Source: an uncultured bacterium (GTDB taxonomy: Bacteria; Omnitrophota; Omnitrophia; Omnitrophales; Aquincolibacteriaceae). Taken from it: a DNA stretch of 64,000 bases. The notes under the pieces are model-generated. The model was not told where the DNA came from and ran no database searches. It was given only the letters and a program-made list of their open reading frames with translations. Made by a program: the position numbers and the translations under genes. The stretch covers positions 876 through 64,875 of the forward strand of contig CAZLTL010000005.1 in assembly GCA_964562525.1 (NCBI GenBank), written 5' to 3'. How positions within the stretch are numbered: the stretch's first letter is position 1; each line of letters starts with the position of its first letter. Below, one piece after another: positions 11,960 to 21,977 of the stretch.

Positions 11960-12014
11960 CATTTTTGCGGTTGCGCCCAGCGCAGAACAAGTAATAAAAA
12001 CAGGAGTAAATACA

Positions 12015-12218
12015 ATGGCAACACCAAAAAGAAGGTCGTCGAACCGCCGTTCGGGACTTCGTCGTTCGCATCATCATGTCGCAGTTCCGGCCTATGACCG
12101 TGATCCTAAAACAGGGGAAGTCACGCTTCGTCACCGCGTTTCCGCTACGGGTATGTACCGCGGCAAGCAAGTTGTGACGGTTGAAGTGAAGTCCAAAGAA
12201 AAAAAGTCTGAGAAATAA
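12015..12218 (+). CDS. rpmF: 50S ribosomal protein L32
   Basis: N-terminal MATPKRRSSNRRSGLRRSHH, typical of L32, in a basic ~66-aa protein. Confidence 0.9.
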   Translation: MATPKRRSSNRRSGLRRSHHHVAVPAYDRDPKTGEVTLRHRVSATGMYRGKQVVTVEVKSKEKKSEK

Positions 12219-12221
12219 TCC

Positions 12222-13277
12222 ATGATTCGTGTCGCTGTTGACGGAATGGGCGGAGATTACGCGCCCGAGGTTGTGGTTGCAGGAGCGGTTCAGGCTGCCA
12301 ATGACTTTGATCATATTGAAGTTGTGTTGGTGGGCCAAGAAGAAGCTCTGAAGCGCGAGCTTAAAAAGCACAAGCTGACGGGCGGTAAGCTCACAGTGCG
12401 CCATGCTTCGGAAGTAGTTACGATGTCCGACACCCCTGTCGCGGCGATTAAAAAGAAAAAAGACTCTTCGATTGCTGTTTGCGTTGATATGCTGCAAAAG
12501 CGTGAAGTGGACGCGATTGTTTCCGCCGGTAATACCGGTGCGGCTGTCGCGGCCTCGACACTCCGGCTTGGGATGCTCAAGGGCGTCAAGCGTCCCGGTA
12601 TTGCAATCAGCACTCCTTCCTTGCAAGGTATGAGTGTGGTAATGGATGTCGGTGCGAATTTAAACCCGTCTCCGACTGAGTTGCTACATTACGCTATCAT
12701 GGCGAGTGTTTATTCCAAGTCTATTTTCAAGAAAAGACATCCTTCGATCGGTCTTCTGAATATTGGTGAGGAAGAATGCAAGGGGACAGACGTGATTCAG
12801 GAAGCGCACAAGCTTTTACGCGATACGTCATTACTGAATTTTATCGGTAATATCGAAGGACGAGACTTTTTTAATGGCAAGGCAGATTGCATCGTTTGCG
12901 ATGGGTTTGTCGGCAATGTCGTTTTAAAGCTGCTCGAGAGTGTTTTAGAGCCCAGCAAGATTTTAGTTAAACGCAACATGCAAAAAAATCCGCTGAGCTA
13001 TGTGGGGGCTTATTTTATGAAGCCTGCGATTAAATCCGTCTTGGAAGATATTAATTATGAAGAAGCGGGCGGCGCGCCTCTTTTGGGTGTGGATGGAATT
13101 GTGATTATTGGTCACGGAATTTCATCTGCAAAGGCTATACGTAACGCGATCCGCAAGGGCGCTGAGTTTGTATCGACGCAAGTTAATGAGCAGATTGTTG
13201 AAGTGATTGCAGGTTTAAAATCAGCGGCTCCGGAAGTATCTAGCCAAGATGGAAAGAGTAATGGCGGCGCCGTATAA
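12222..13277 (+). CDS. plsX: Phosphate acyltransferase PlsX
   Basis: MIRVAVDGMGGDYAP N-terminus and full-length PlsX similarity. Confidence 0.9.
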   Translation: MIRVAVDGMGGDYAPEVVVAGAVQAANDFDHIEVVLVGQEEALKRELKKHKLTGGKLTVRHASEVVTMSDTPVAAIKKKKDSSIAVCVDMLQKREVDAIVSAGNTGAAVAASTLRLGMLKGVKRPGIAISTPSLQGMSVVMDVGANLNPSPTELLHYAIMASVYSKSIFKKRHPSIGLLNIGEEECKGTDVIQEAHKLLRDTSLLNFIGNIEGRDFFNGKADCIVCDGFVGNVVLKLLESVLEPSKILVKRNMQKNPLSYVGAYFMKPAIKSVLEDINYEEAGGAPLLGVDGIVIIGHGISSAKAIRNAIRKGAEFVSTQVNEQIVEVIAGLKSAAPEVSSQDGKSNGGAV

Positions 13278-14250
13278 GGCTCGCTTCAGCGGGTTGGGAT
13301 TTTTTGTCCCGCCCAAAGTTCTCACCAATTTTGATCTCGAAAAGATGGTCGAGACAACCGACGAATGGATTCGAACCCGCACGGGTATCAGTGAGCGGCA
13401 TGTCGCCGAAAAAGGGCAGTCTTCCAGCGACTTAGGGCTTGAAGCCGCCAAGATGGCGTTAGCCGATGCCAAATTAACTCCACAAGACATCGATCTTATT
13501 ATTGTCGCGACCATTACACCTCATATGCTTTTTCCCTCAACGGCGTGCATTATTCAATCCAAGTTAGGCGCGCGCTGCGGTGCCTTTGATATGGCAGCCG
13601 CGTGTTCAGGATTTCCTTACGCAGTTTCGGTTGCGGAATCTTTTATTGCTGCGGGAATACATAAGCATGTCCTCGTTATAGGTTCAGAAGTTTTATCCGG
13701 ATTCATTGACTGGAAAGACCGTTCAACCTGTGTGCTTTTTGGTGATGGTGCCGGTGCGGCGGTTTTATCACGCTCAGAAGATTATCAGCGCGGCATTATT
13801 GCGTCTTATTTGGGTTCAGATGGGAATCAGGCGGATATTCTCAAAATTCCTGCCGGCGGTTCTGCAAATCCTACAACTCCAGAGACTGTCCAGCAAGGGT
13901 TGCACTATTTAAAAATGGAAGGTTCCGATGTTTTTAAAGTGGCGGTGCGCACCATGGAAGAAGCCGTACGAGAAGTTGCTCGGCGTGGCGGCATTACCGT
14001 CGAACAAATTAATTGTCTCATTCCGCATCAGGCAAACAGCCGGATTTTAAGCGCGGTGGGTGAACGTCTTGGCATGGGGCCGGACAAAGTTTATACCAAT
14101 GTTGAAGTTTACGGAAATATGTCCAGTGCATCGACTGCGGTGGCTTTGTGTGAAGCTGTGCAGAAGGGACGCATCAAGTCGGGCGATTATGTTGTTTTGG
14201 TCGCTTTTGGCGGCGGATTAACTTGGGCTGCAACGCTCATTAAATGGTAG
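13261..14250 (+). CDS. fabH: 3-oxoacyl-ACP synthase III
   Basis: Active-site Cys context (AAACSGF) and HQAN / GGG motifs. The start was placed at the internal ATG 13261, which overlaps the plsX end. Confidence 0.9.
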   Translation: MAAPYKARFSGLGFFVPPKVLTNFDLEKMVETTDEWIRTRTGISERHVAEKGQSSSDLGLEAAKMALADAKLTPQDIDLIIVATITPHMLFPSTACIIQSKLGARCGAFDMAAACSGFPYAVSVAESFIAAGIHKHVLVIGSEVLSGFIDWKDRSTCVLFGDGAGAAVLSRSEDYQRGIIASYLGSDGNQADILKIPAGGSANPTTPETVQQGLHYLKMEGSDVFKVAVRTMEEAVREVARRGGITVEQINCLIPHQANSRILSAVGERLGMGPDKVYTNVEVYGNMSSASTAVALCEAVQKGRIKSGDYVVLVAFGGGLTWAATLIKW

Positions 14251-14296
14251 CTCTGCGCTATCGCGCAACCGCGTTTAGATAATGAAGGGTTAATAA

Positions 14297-15256
14297 ATGA
14301 ATAAGATTGGTTTTTTATTTCCGGGTCAAGGGTCTCAATTTGTGGGAATGGGGCTTTCACTTTTCAATCAATTTGATTCTGCTAAAGCTATTTTTAAAAA
14401 GGCGGATGATGTTTTAGGTTATGCGATTTCTAAAATTTGCTTTGATGGCCCCGAGGAAACTCTCACCAATACGTTAAATGCTCAGCCCGCGATTTATGTT
14501 TCAAGTTATGCTGCTTTTACGGTATTGAAAGAAAAGTGGCCTTCCATTCAGCCTGCGGTTGTTGCGGGGCATAGTTTGGGCGAGTTTTCAGCGTTAGCCG
14601 CGGCGGGATTTTTTTCTTTTGAAGATGGCTTGCGTTTAGTACAAGTACGCGCCCGAGCGATGGAAAAAGCAGCGGCTCAGAATCCTGGCGCTATGGCCGC
14701 GATTTTAGGTTTAGACCAAACGGGTTGCATTGAGGTTGCGAAAGAATCCGGCGCTGAGGTTGCTAATTTTAATGCCCCCCTTCAAACTGTTTTGACCGGA
14801 ACTGCGGAAGCTATCCAAAAATCTCTTGGAATTGCCGAAAATAAAGGCGCGAAGCGGGCGATTCAGCTCAAGGTAAGCGGTGCATTTCACTCGACTTTAA
14901 TGAAACAAGCGCAAGCTGATTTGGTTGCCGCTATTCAAGGTATAAAAACGAATCCGCTTAAAGCTCAATTTATTCCGAATGTGACAGGCCAATTGACTGC
15001 CGATGATAGTTCGATCCGTGATTTGTTAGGAAGGCAGCTGATTAGCTCCGTATGTTGGACTGAAACAATGAAACAATTCTCAAAGCTTGGATTAACGCAT
15101 TTAATCGAAGTGGGGCCCGGAAAGGTTTTGAAAGGTCTCGCGAAAAGCTGTGAAGTCCCTCTTGCTGTTCAGATTTTTGGAACAAATGAAGATATTGAGC
15201 CTCTCGCGGCAGTTTTGCCGGGCTCCGCGCCGTTGGCGCAATCACAAATTAAATGA
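14297..15256 (+). CDS. fabD: Malonyl CoA-ACP transacylase
   Basis: GQGSQ and GHSLGEFSAL active-site motifs. Confidence 0.9.
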   Translation: MNKIGFLFPGQGSQFVGMGLSLFNQFDSAKAIFKKADDVLGYAISKICFDGPEETLTNTLNAQPAIYVSSYAAFTVLKEKWPSIQPAVVAGHSLGEFSALAAAGFFSFEDGLRLVQVRARAMEKAAAQNPGAMAAILGLDQTGCIEVAKESGAEVANFNAPLQTVLTGTAEAIQKSLGIAENKGAKRAIQLKVSGAFHSTLMKQAQADLVAAIQGIKTNPLKAQFIPNVTGQLTADDSSIRDLLGRQLISSVCWTETMKQFSKLGLTHLIEVGPGKVLKGLAKSCEVPLAVQIFGTNEDIEPLAAVLPGSAPLAQSQIK

Positions 15257-15269
15257 AGGAGCTTTTGAA

Positions 15270-16013
15270 ATGATGTTGAAAGATAAAGTTGCGATTGTCA
15301 CGGGTGCAAGCCGCGGAATCGGTCAGGCCATCGCGTTGGAACTTGCTCGTCAAGGCGCCAAGCTGGTTTTATCCGCGTCTTCCGCGCAGAATTTAAAAGA
15401 CACTGAAGACAAGTTGCGTGAAATGGGATGCTCACATTTTATCGGTGTGGCCGCAGATGTGAAGAATGCCGAACAGGTGCAGTCTGTGGTCAAGAATTGT
15501 ATTGACACGTATGGTCGCATCGATATACTTGCGAACAACGCGGGCATAACCCGTGATAATTTACTCGCTTTAATGAGTGAGTCCGAGTGGGATGATGTCT
15601 TGGACACGAATTTAAAAAGCGCGTTTTTGTTCACGAAAGCTTGCTCCCGTCCGATGATTAAGCAAAAGGGCGGATCGATCATTAACATATCATCCGTGGT
15701 GGGGTTAACCGGCAACGCAGGACAGGCTAATTATTCTGCTTCCAAAGCGGGTTTGATTGGGTTTACCAAGTCGGTTGCTAAGGAATTAGCCAAAAAGAAT
15801 GTGCGCGCCAATGTCGTCGCGCCGGGGTTTATCCGCACAAAAATGACGGATCAATTACCCGAAGAGCTTAAGCTGAAGGTTGCCGCGCAAATAGCGCTTG
15901 GCCGTCTCGGCGAACCCGAAGAAATCGCATCTGTGGTTGCTTTTCTGGCTTCGGATATGTCGAAATATATGACTGGTCAGGTGCTTGTTGTGGACGGCGG
16001 GCTAGTTATCTAA
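15270..16013 (+). CDS. fabG: 3-oxoacyl-ACP reductase
   Basis: SDR motifs TGASRGIGQAIA and YSASKAG. Start set at ATG 15270, which has an AAGGAG RBS; the longer annotated ORF overlaps fabD. Confidence 0.9.
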   Translation: MMLKDKVAIVTGASRGIGQAIALELARQGAKLVLSASSAQNLKDTEDKLREMGCSHFIGVAADVKNAEQVQSVVKNCIDTYGRIDILANNAGITRDNLLALMSESEWDDVLDTNLKSAFLFTKACSRPMIKQKGGSIINISSVVGLTGNAGQANYSASKAGLIGFTKSVAKELAKKNVRANVVAPGFIRTKMTDQLPEELKLKVAAQIALGRLGEPEEIASVVAFLASDMSKYMTGQVLVVDGGLVI

Positions 16014-16021
16014 TTTATGTT

Positions 16022-16108
16022 GGTTCTGGGCTTTGCCCAACCACTGGTATGCTGAGCATCGCTCAACCGCACCAATTGTTAAAATAGGTTCTGGGCTTGG
16101 CTCAACCA
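16022..16108 (+). repeat. Two copies of a ~21-bp imperfect-palindromic element (GGTTCTGGGCTTTGCCCAACC at 16022-16042; GGTTCTGGGCTTGGCTCAACC at 16088-16108) in the fabG-acpP intergenic region
   Basis: Direct repeat read from the sequence. Each copy can fold as a stem-loop (GGTT..GGGC / GCCC..AACC). Confidence 0.4.
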
Positions 16109-16163
16109 AAAAAATTTGTTTGTTGAATAGAACTCATAAACGATTTCGCTACAAGGAGGAATC

Positions 16164-16403
16164 ATGGCTGTTGAAGACAAGATCAAGGAAATTATCGTAG
16201 AACAACTCGGTGTAAAACCTGAGGAAGTTGTTTCTGAAGCATCCTTTGTGGATGATTTGGGTGCGGATTCTCTTGATACCGTTGAGTTAGTCATGGCGTT
16301 TGAAGAAGAATTCGGAACTGAAATTCCGGATGAAGACGCTGAGAAGATCCAGTCTGTTGGCGACGCTGTTAAGTATATTGAAGAAAAGCTGGGCTCGAAG
16401 TAA
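16164..16403 (+). CDS. acpP: Acyl carrier protein
   Basis: [20 protein letters not shown] phosphopantetheine-attachment motif, with an AAGGAGG RBS. Confidence 0.95.
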   Translation: MAVEDKIKEIIVEQLGVKPEEVVSEASFVDDLGADSLDTVELVMAFEEEFGTEIPDEDAEKIQSVGDAVKYIEEKLGSK

Positions 16404-16436
16404 TTCGGCCCGGCTCTTTTTTTAGAAAGAGTACTT

Positions 16437-17675
16437 ATGCGTCGTGTCGTTGTCACCGGTATTGGGATGATTACGCCTGTTGCCAATACCGCGGAAGAGA
16501 CCTGGAAGGGTTTTTTACGCGGTCAAAGCGGCACAGGTCTTTTGACTCATATACCGTCTACGCCGTTTAACTCCAAGGTCGCTGCCGAAATTAAAGGCTT
16601 TGATCCTACCGCTTATTTGTCTCCGAAGGATGCCCGAAAGACCGATCGGTTTGTTCAACTTGCCATTGCTTGTTCCAAAATGGCATTGGATGATTCGGGA
16701 ATCGATGTTTCAAAAGAAGATCCTTATCGTATTGGGACTTTAATCGGAACCGGTATCGGCGGTCTCCATACAATCGAAGCTCAGTATAAAACGATGATTG
16801 AAAAAGGGCCTGACCGTCTTTCGCCGTTCACAATTCCGATGCTCATTGTGAATATGGCTCCCGGACAGGTTTCGATTACTTTTGGTTTCAAAGGACCGAA
16901 CTCATGTGTCGCAACGGCTTGCGCGACAGGGTCGAATGCGATTGGGGACGCTATGCGCCTAATTCAGCGCGGAGATGCGGATATGATGTTCAGCGGTGGA
17001 ACCGAAGCCTGTATCACAAATCTTGGTTTTGGCGGATTCGATGCTATGAAAGCCCTTTCGACGCATAACGACACACCTGATAAAGCATCCCGTCCTTTTG
17101 ACAAAACCCGCAGCGGATTTGTGATGGGAGAGGGCTGCGGAATTATGGTTTTAGAAGAGCTTCAACATGCTCTCAAGCGGAATGCTAAAATTTATGCCGA
17201 AATTGTCGGTTATGGTATGACTGCGGATGCCTATCACATTACGGGACAAGATCCCACGGGTGAAGGCGCGATGCGCTGTATGCAGCTTGCGATTAAGGAC
17301 GGCGGATTAAAGCCTGAGGACGTTGATTACGTCAACGCACATGGAACTTCGACGGATATTAACGATCGTTGCGAAACGCTCGCAATTAAACGTGCTTTGA
17401 GCGAAGCGCATGCCCGTAAAATTAAAATTAGCTCAACAAAATCTATGACGGGTCATTTGCTGGGTGCTGCCGGTGCCGTTGAAGCGATTGCCGGGGTTCT
17501 TGCCATCCGTGATCAGGTAGCACCGCCGACGATTAATTATTCAACTCCCGATCCTGATTGTGATTTGAACTATGTCCCGAATGAAGCGCAGCCGGGAAAG
17601 ATCGAAGTTGTGATTTCAAATTCGCTGGGTTTTGGCGGACATAACGCTTGTTTGGCGTTTAAACGCTATAAATAA
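16437..17675 (+). CDS. fabF: 3-oxoacyl-ACP synthase II
   Basis: Full-length KAS II similarity, with the active-site Cys (ATACATGS) and His-His (HGTST...GHLLGAAG) motifs. Confidence 0.9.
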   Translation: MRRVVVTGIGMITPVANTAEETWKGFLRGQSGTGLLTHIPSTPFNSKVAAEIKGFDPTAYLSPKDARKTDRFVQLAIACSKMALDDSGIDVSKEDPYRIGTLIGTGIGGLHTIEAQYKTMIEKGPDRLSPFTIPMLIVNMAPGQVSITFGFKGPNSCVATACATGSNAIGDAMRLIQRGDADMMFSGGTEACITNLGFGGFDAMKALSTHNDTPDKASRPFDKTRSGFVMGEGCGIMVLEELQHALKRNAKIYAEIVGYGMTADAYHITGQDPTGEGAMRCMQLAIKDGGLKPEDVDYVNAHGTSTDINDRCETLAIKRALSEAHARKIKISSTKSMTGHLLGAAGAVEAIAGVLAIRDQVAPPTINYSTPDPDCDLNYVPNEAQPGKIEVVISNSLGFGGHNACLAFKRYK

Positions 17676-17835
17676 AACCTGGCTTTGCGCGGCCTAAATA
17701 ATTAAGAAAAACGCGAATTTTTCATTCTTAACGCAGAATATTTTAGTAGAATAGCCGCATGAAACTCGAACCAATTTGTTTAGGCTCTGTGCTTCGCACA
17801 ACCGCGATTTCCACTAATTCGCCACTTCATTATTC

Positions 17836-20800
17836 ATGAAATTAAAAAAATTAACCCTATTGGGTTTTAAATCCTTTGCGGATAAAACAGAAATTCTTTT
17901 TGATGAAGGCGTGACCTGCGTTGTCGGACCGAACGGATGCGGAAAAAGTAATATTTCCGATTCAATCCGCTGGGTGCTCGGCGAACGAAGCGCTAAGATG
18001 TTGCGCGGTTCGTCCATGGAAGACGTCATTTTTAACGGTACGGAGTACCGTAAACCCCTCAATTTTGCCGAAGTTTCACTCACGATTGATAACACCGACA
18101 AAACTCTTCCGCTCGATTATGCTGAAGTGACTATCACGCGCCGTCTTTACCGCAGCGGCGAAAGTGAATATCTTATCAATAAAACCGCCTGCCGCCTTAA
18201 AGATGTTCAAGATTTAATTTTAGACACCGGCATTGGTACGCGCCAATACTCAATGATCGAGCAAGGAAAAATCGACCATTTGCTGCGTGCTGAACCGGAA
18301 GAACGCCGCGCTTTAATCGAAGAGGCGGCCGGAATCGCAAAATTTAAAACCAAAAAAGATGAAGCGCTACGCAAACTTCAGCGTACGGAAGATAACTTGT
18401 TACGTTTGAATGACATTGTTCTCGAAGTTGAAAAAAACATTAAGTATGCCGAACGTCAGGCGAAAAAAGCCGAAAAATATAAAGTCGAGTTTGACCACCT
18501 CCGCAATTTGGAAATTGAGCGCGTGTTTTTGGCTCAAAAGCAAATTCAGCAGAAAAAGAATGAGCTGCTCGCGGAGCAATCTCAAATCTTGAGCTCGATT
18601 GCGGATCTTGAGCGTGAGCATCATCGTCTTCGTTCCGAAATCGGCGGACTTGAAACCCAAGTAACTGAAATTCAAAATCAGTTTCAAATCAAAGAATTAG
18701 GCCGTTATCAGAAAGTCAGTCAAAGCGAAAAAAACGAACAGCAGGTTCAGTTTATTTCAGATAAAAAAATGGAGCTGGCTCAGCAAAAAGGGGAGTTACT
18801 TCAAGAGCAAGATCAGCTGCAAGAAGCTCTGAAGCAAAGCGCGGAAAAGAAAGAACAAGTTTTGCGTGACCAGCAAGAGGTGAGCGTTCATTTACCGGGC
18901 TTAGTACAGCAAATAGAAGCTGCGAATGCCCGTCTCGAGTCAATTGATCATAGTCTGATCCAATCGCGCCAAGGGTTGGAACAAGTTCGAACTCAGTTTT
19001 TTGATCGCTCTCGTGAAAGTTCGTCGACGCGCAATCAAATTGAGCGCAACCGTGCCTTCTTAGAGCATTTTGCCGAACAGAAGCAGCGTTTTGAATCAGA
19101 TCAAGCTCGGTTGCGCCAGGCGCTTCAGGCCAACTTGGAAGCAATTCAAAAGGTTGAGTCTGAGTTGCTGCAGTTTCGCGCGCAGGCTGAGCAAGCTCAT
19201 TCCAATTTAGAAATTTGTCAAGCCGCTGAGACGGATGCTGATCGCGCAGTTAATGATCTTGCGGTTGATTTGGAGAAAAAAAGAATTGCTTTGGGCGAAA
19301 TGGATGCCAAGCTTGAAATTTTGCGCGGTTTTCAAGTTGAAGGTGAGCAGGAGTTTCTTAAGTTTCAGAATGAAATTCAGCAATTTTCAGGACTTTATGA
19401 CAAGCTTTCTGATTCTTTGGAGATTACCGCGGGTTATGAGCGTCTTTTCGACGCAGCCTTGAAGTCCTACACCCATTTGCTCTTTTTGAAGCAGTCCAAT
19501 TCATTGGCTCAAATTTGGACCGATTTAAAATCGAAAGGTAAAACATCCGAATCGATTGCATTTGTTTTGGGACATACAGACATACCCGCGCCGCCGGTTC
19601 CGACCGAGCTCACGCAAATTGGGGCGCGTCCGTTGAGTGATTTTGTCCGCATCAACGACTCTCACCGCAACTCGGTTGGGAAGCTTTTTGGATCTTTTTT
19701 GGTTGTCGATCATTTGCCACTTGAATCGCTGGCGGATTGGTTTCCTGCGCTGGGTGCTTGGACTGTGATTTCCCGCGATGGAATGATTATCGAGCCGAAT
19801 GGTTTGGTTTATTCTTTTCAGGCTGAAAGAAAATCGCAGTTTGCCGCGAGCCGCAAACGTGAAATGGAGACGGTTCAGCAAGCTTGGATTGTTTTAGAAG
19901 AACAAATTCGCGGTTTGACCGCGCAGTTAGTTGATTTAGAAAGCCGGTATGATTCGGCGCAGGCTGCCGCGCAGGACGCATTGCGGTTAAAAAGTCAGCT
20001 TGGTTTTCAGGTTGAGCAGTTGAGTCGTGAGCAAGTGCGTTTAGGGCAAGAGCGTGAGAAAATTCAGCAGCAGGAAAAGGTTTCTTTGTCTGAGTTTGAT
20101 GATTGGGCTCGCCGCGCGCAGGAAGCGCAAGAAAGCCAATTGACGCTTTCGCATGCTTTGGCCGGTCTTGAGAATGAGGAGCGTGAATTGCAGGGGCAAT
20201 TGCGTCAACGCGAAGCCGAGCTTGAAGCCTTTCAAAAAGATAAAGAATTGTGTTTGGTGAATCGCCGCGAAGTGATGTCTTCGCATGAAAGTTGGAAGCA
20301 AAAGGAAATTCACTTGCGCGATGCGCTGGTCATGATTGAAAGTCATGCAAAGCTTGATCAAGAACGCCTTTTGTTTTTGGATGAAGGGAAGAATCGTTTG
20401 GTTGAGCGTGATACTGAGCTTCGCCAGGAAGAGCAGCAGGCTATTCAGCTCCGTTCTGTTTTAGAAAAAGAGCTTCAGGATATCAGTGTTGAGATTGAGT
20501 TGATCCGTAAAGATAAGATTGAGCAAGAAAATCGCCTTGCAAATTACCGTCAGGAAATAGAGCGTCGGAACTCTGAGATTAAGTTAAATCAAGACCGTCA
20601 GCATGGGCTTGAAATGCGCATCAAAGATTTTGATTTTGAAGAAAAATCTTTTATCGAGCGCTTAGAACAAAAGTATCGTATTGCTTTTGCTGATGTGGTT
20701 GCGCCCGCGGAAATGACCCATGAAGACTTGGCTGCTTTAGACGAGAAAATTAATGATTTGCAGAAGCGAGTTGATCAGCTCGGTACCGTGAATCTTTTAG

Positions 20801-21432
20801 CAATCGAAGAGTACGATGAGTTAAAGCAGCGGTTTGACTTTTTGACCGGCCAGAAAAAAGATTTGGAAGATTCCCGTGAACAATTGCTTGAAGCGATCCG
20901 CAAAATTAACCGCACGACCAAACAGCTGTTCGAAGACACCTTTCAGAATGTTCAAAGACAGTTCGGTGAATATTATAAGATTTTGTTCAGCGGCGGCGAA
21001 GCCAAGCTGATTCTTTTGGATGAAGCGCATCCGCTGGATTCCGGAGTTGATATTGTGGTCCGTCCGCCGGGCAAAAAGCTGCAGCATATTTCGTTACTTT
21101 CGGGCGGTGAAAAAGCATTAACGGCTGTTGCACTTATTTTTGCCTTATTCAGTATTAAGCCGTCGCCTTTCTGTCTTTTGGACGAAGTGGATGCTCCGCT
21201 TGACGAGGCGAATGTGGACCGTTTTATCAAAGTGACGCAGTCTTTTATTAAGCTTTCCCAGTTTATTATCATCACGCATAACCGCAAGACAATCGCGATG
21301 GGGAATTCGTTGTACGGGGTTACGATGCAGGAAGCGGGAGTTTCAAAAATTGTTTCTGTTCGGGTTGCCAGCGATTTACCTGACTTGACTCCGACGAAAA
21401 AGGCGCCCTCCGCGGGAACCGTTCCTGTTTGA
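17836..21432 (+). CDS. smc: Chromosome segregation protein SMC
   Basis: N-terminal Walker A GPNGCGKSN, long coiled coils with a central hinge, and a C-terminal LSGGEKALTAVALIFAL signature plus Walker B LLDEVDAPLD. Confidence 0.9.
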   Translation: MKLKKLTLLGFKSFADKTEILFDEGVTCVVGPNGCGKSNISDSIRWVLGERSAKMLRGSSMEDVIFNGTEYRKPLNFAEVSLTIDNTDKTLPLDYAEVTITRRLYRSGESEYLINKTACRLKDVQDLILDTGIGTRQYSMIEQGKIDHLLRAEPEERRALIEEAAGIAKFKTKKDEALRKLQRTEDNLLRLNDIVLEVEKNIKYAERQAKKAEKYKVEFDHLRNLEIERVFLAQKQIQQKKNELLAEQSQILSSIADLEREHHRLRSEIGGLETQVTEIQNQFQIKELGRYQKVSQSEKNEQQVQFISDKKMELAQQKGELLQEQDQLQEALKQSAEKKEQVLRDQQEVSVHLPGLVQQIEAANARLESIDHSLIQSRQGLEQVRTQFFDRSRESSSTRNQIERNRAFLEHFAEQKQRFESDQARLRQALQANLEAIQKVESELLQFRAQAEQAHSNLEICQAAETDADRAVNDLAVDLEKKRIALGEMDAKLEILRGFQVEGEQEFLKFQNEIQQFSGLYDKLSDSLEITAGYERLFDAALKSYTHLLFLKQSNSLAQIWTDLKSKGKTSESIAFVLGHTDIPAPPVPTELTQIGARPLSDFVRINDSHRNSVGKLFGSFLVVDHLPLESLADWFPALGAWTVISRDGMIIEPNGLVYSFQAERKSQFAASRKREMETVQQAWIVLEEQIRGLTAQLVDLESRYDSAQAAAQDALRLKSQLGFQVEQLSREQVRLGQEREKIQQQEKVSLSEFDDWARRAQEAQESQLTLSHALAGLENEERELQGQLRQREAELEAFQKDKELCLVNRREVMSSHESWKQKEIHLRDALVMIESHAKLDQERLLFLDEGKNRLVERDTELRQEEQQAIQLRSVLEKELQDISVEIELIRKDKIEQENRLANYRQEIERRNSEIKLNQDRQHGLEMRIKDFDFEEKSFIERLEQKYRIAFADVVAPAEMTHEDLAALDEKINDLQKRVDQLGTVNLLAIEEYDELKQRFDFLTGQKKDLEDSREQLLEAIRKINRTTKQLFEDTFQNVQRQFGEYYKILFSGGEAKLILLDEAHPLDSGVDIVVRPPGKKLQHISLLSGGEKALTAVALIFALFSIKPSPFCLLDEVDAPLDEANVDRFIKVTQSFIKLSQFIIITHNRKTIAMGNSLYGVTMQEAGVSKIVSVRVASDLPDLTPTKKAPSAGTVPV

Positions 21433-21977
21433 ACTTACCGAACTTTCTTTCTCTGATTCGAATCGCGCTCGTCCCTGTTTTTTTTGTTTTAATTATTCTT
21501 CCTCCGGATTATGCGCAGGCGCGCTGGTGGGCCTTAGCTGTTTATGCTTTCGCGTCGTTAACGGATGCTTTGGATGGTTACTTCGCACGCACCTGGAAGC
21601 AAGTGACTGGGTTTGGCGAAAAAATCGACCCTTTAGCTGATAAGCTGCTGATTCTGTCCGGCATGCTTGCGCTGCATGTGACGCATCAGCCTGTTTTTGT
21701 TCCGCCGTTATGGATTACCGGGATTGTTTTTTTTCGTGAAATGGTTTTTACCGGCGGGCTGATTACTTTTCTCATTTTAAAGAAAAAAATGCCGGCCCGA
21801 CCGAATTTGTTAGGGAAAGCAACAACGCTTTTACAGATGACTTTGGTGTTAGGCTGTTTGCTGAGTTTTCAATTTTCGATTTTTATCGCGGTGGCCGTGG
21901 GTTTGTTGACCGTGGCTTCCGGTTTTGTTTACACATTACGCGGTGCTCGTTATTTAGCGGGCAAGGAGGCAGTATGA
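21429..21977 (+). CDS. pgsA: CDP-diacylglycerol--glycerol-3-phosphate 3-phosphatidyltransferase; apparent TTG start overlapping the smc stop
   Basis: N-terminus (M)NLPNFLSLIRIALVP and CDP-alcohol phosphatidyltransferase motif DALDGYFAR...G...DPLADK. Codon 21429-21431 is TTG. Confidence 0.75.
   Translation: MNLPNFLSLIRIALVPVFFVLIILPPDYAQARWWALAVYAFASLTDALDGYFARTWKQVTGFGEKIDPLADKLLILSGMLALHVTHQPVFVPPLWITGIVFFREMVFTGGLITFLILKKKMPARPNLLGKATTLLQMTLVLGCLLSFQFSIFIAVAVGLLTVASGFVYTLRGARYLAGKEAV

Noticed and set aside
11943-12626. 227-aa minus-strand ORF overlapping rpmF and plsX.
   Set aside because: It is antisense to two well-supported conserved genes, and its Arg/Cys/His-rich composition shows no domain.
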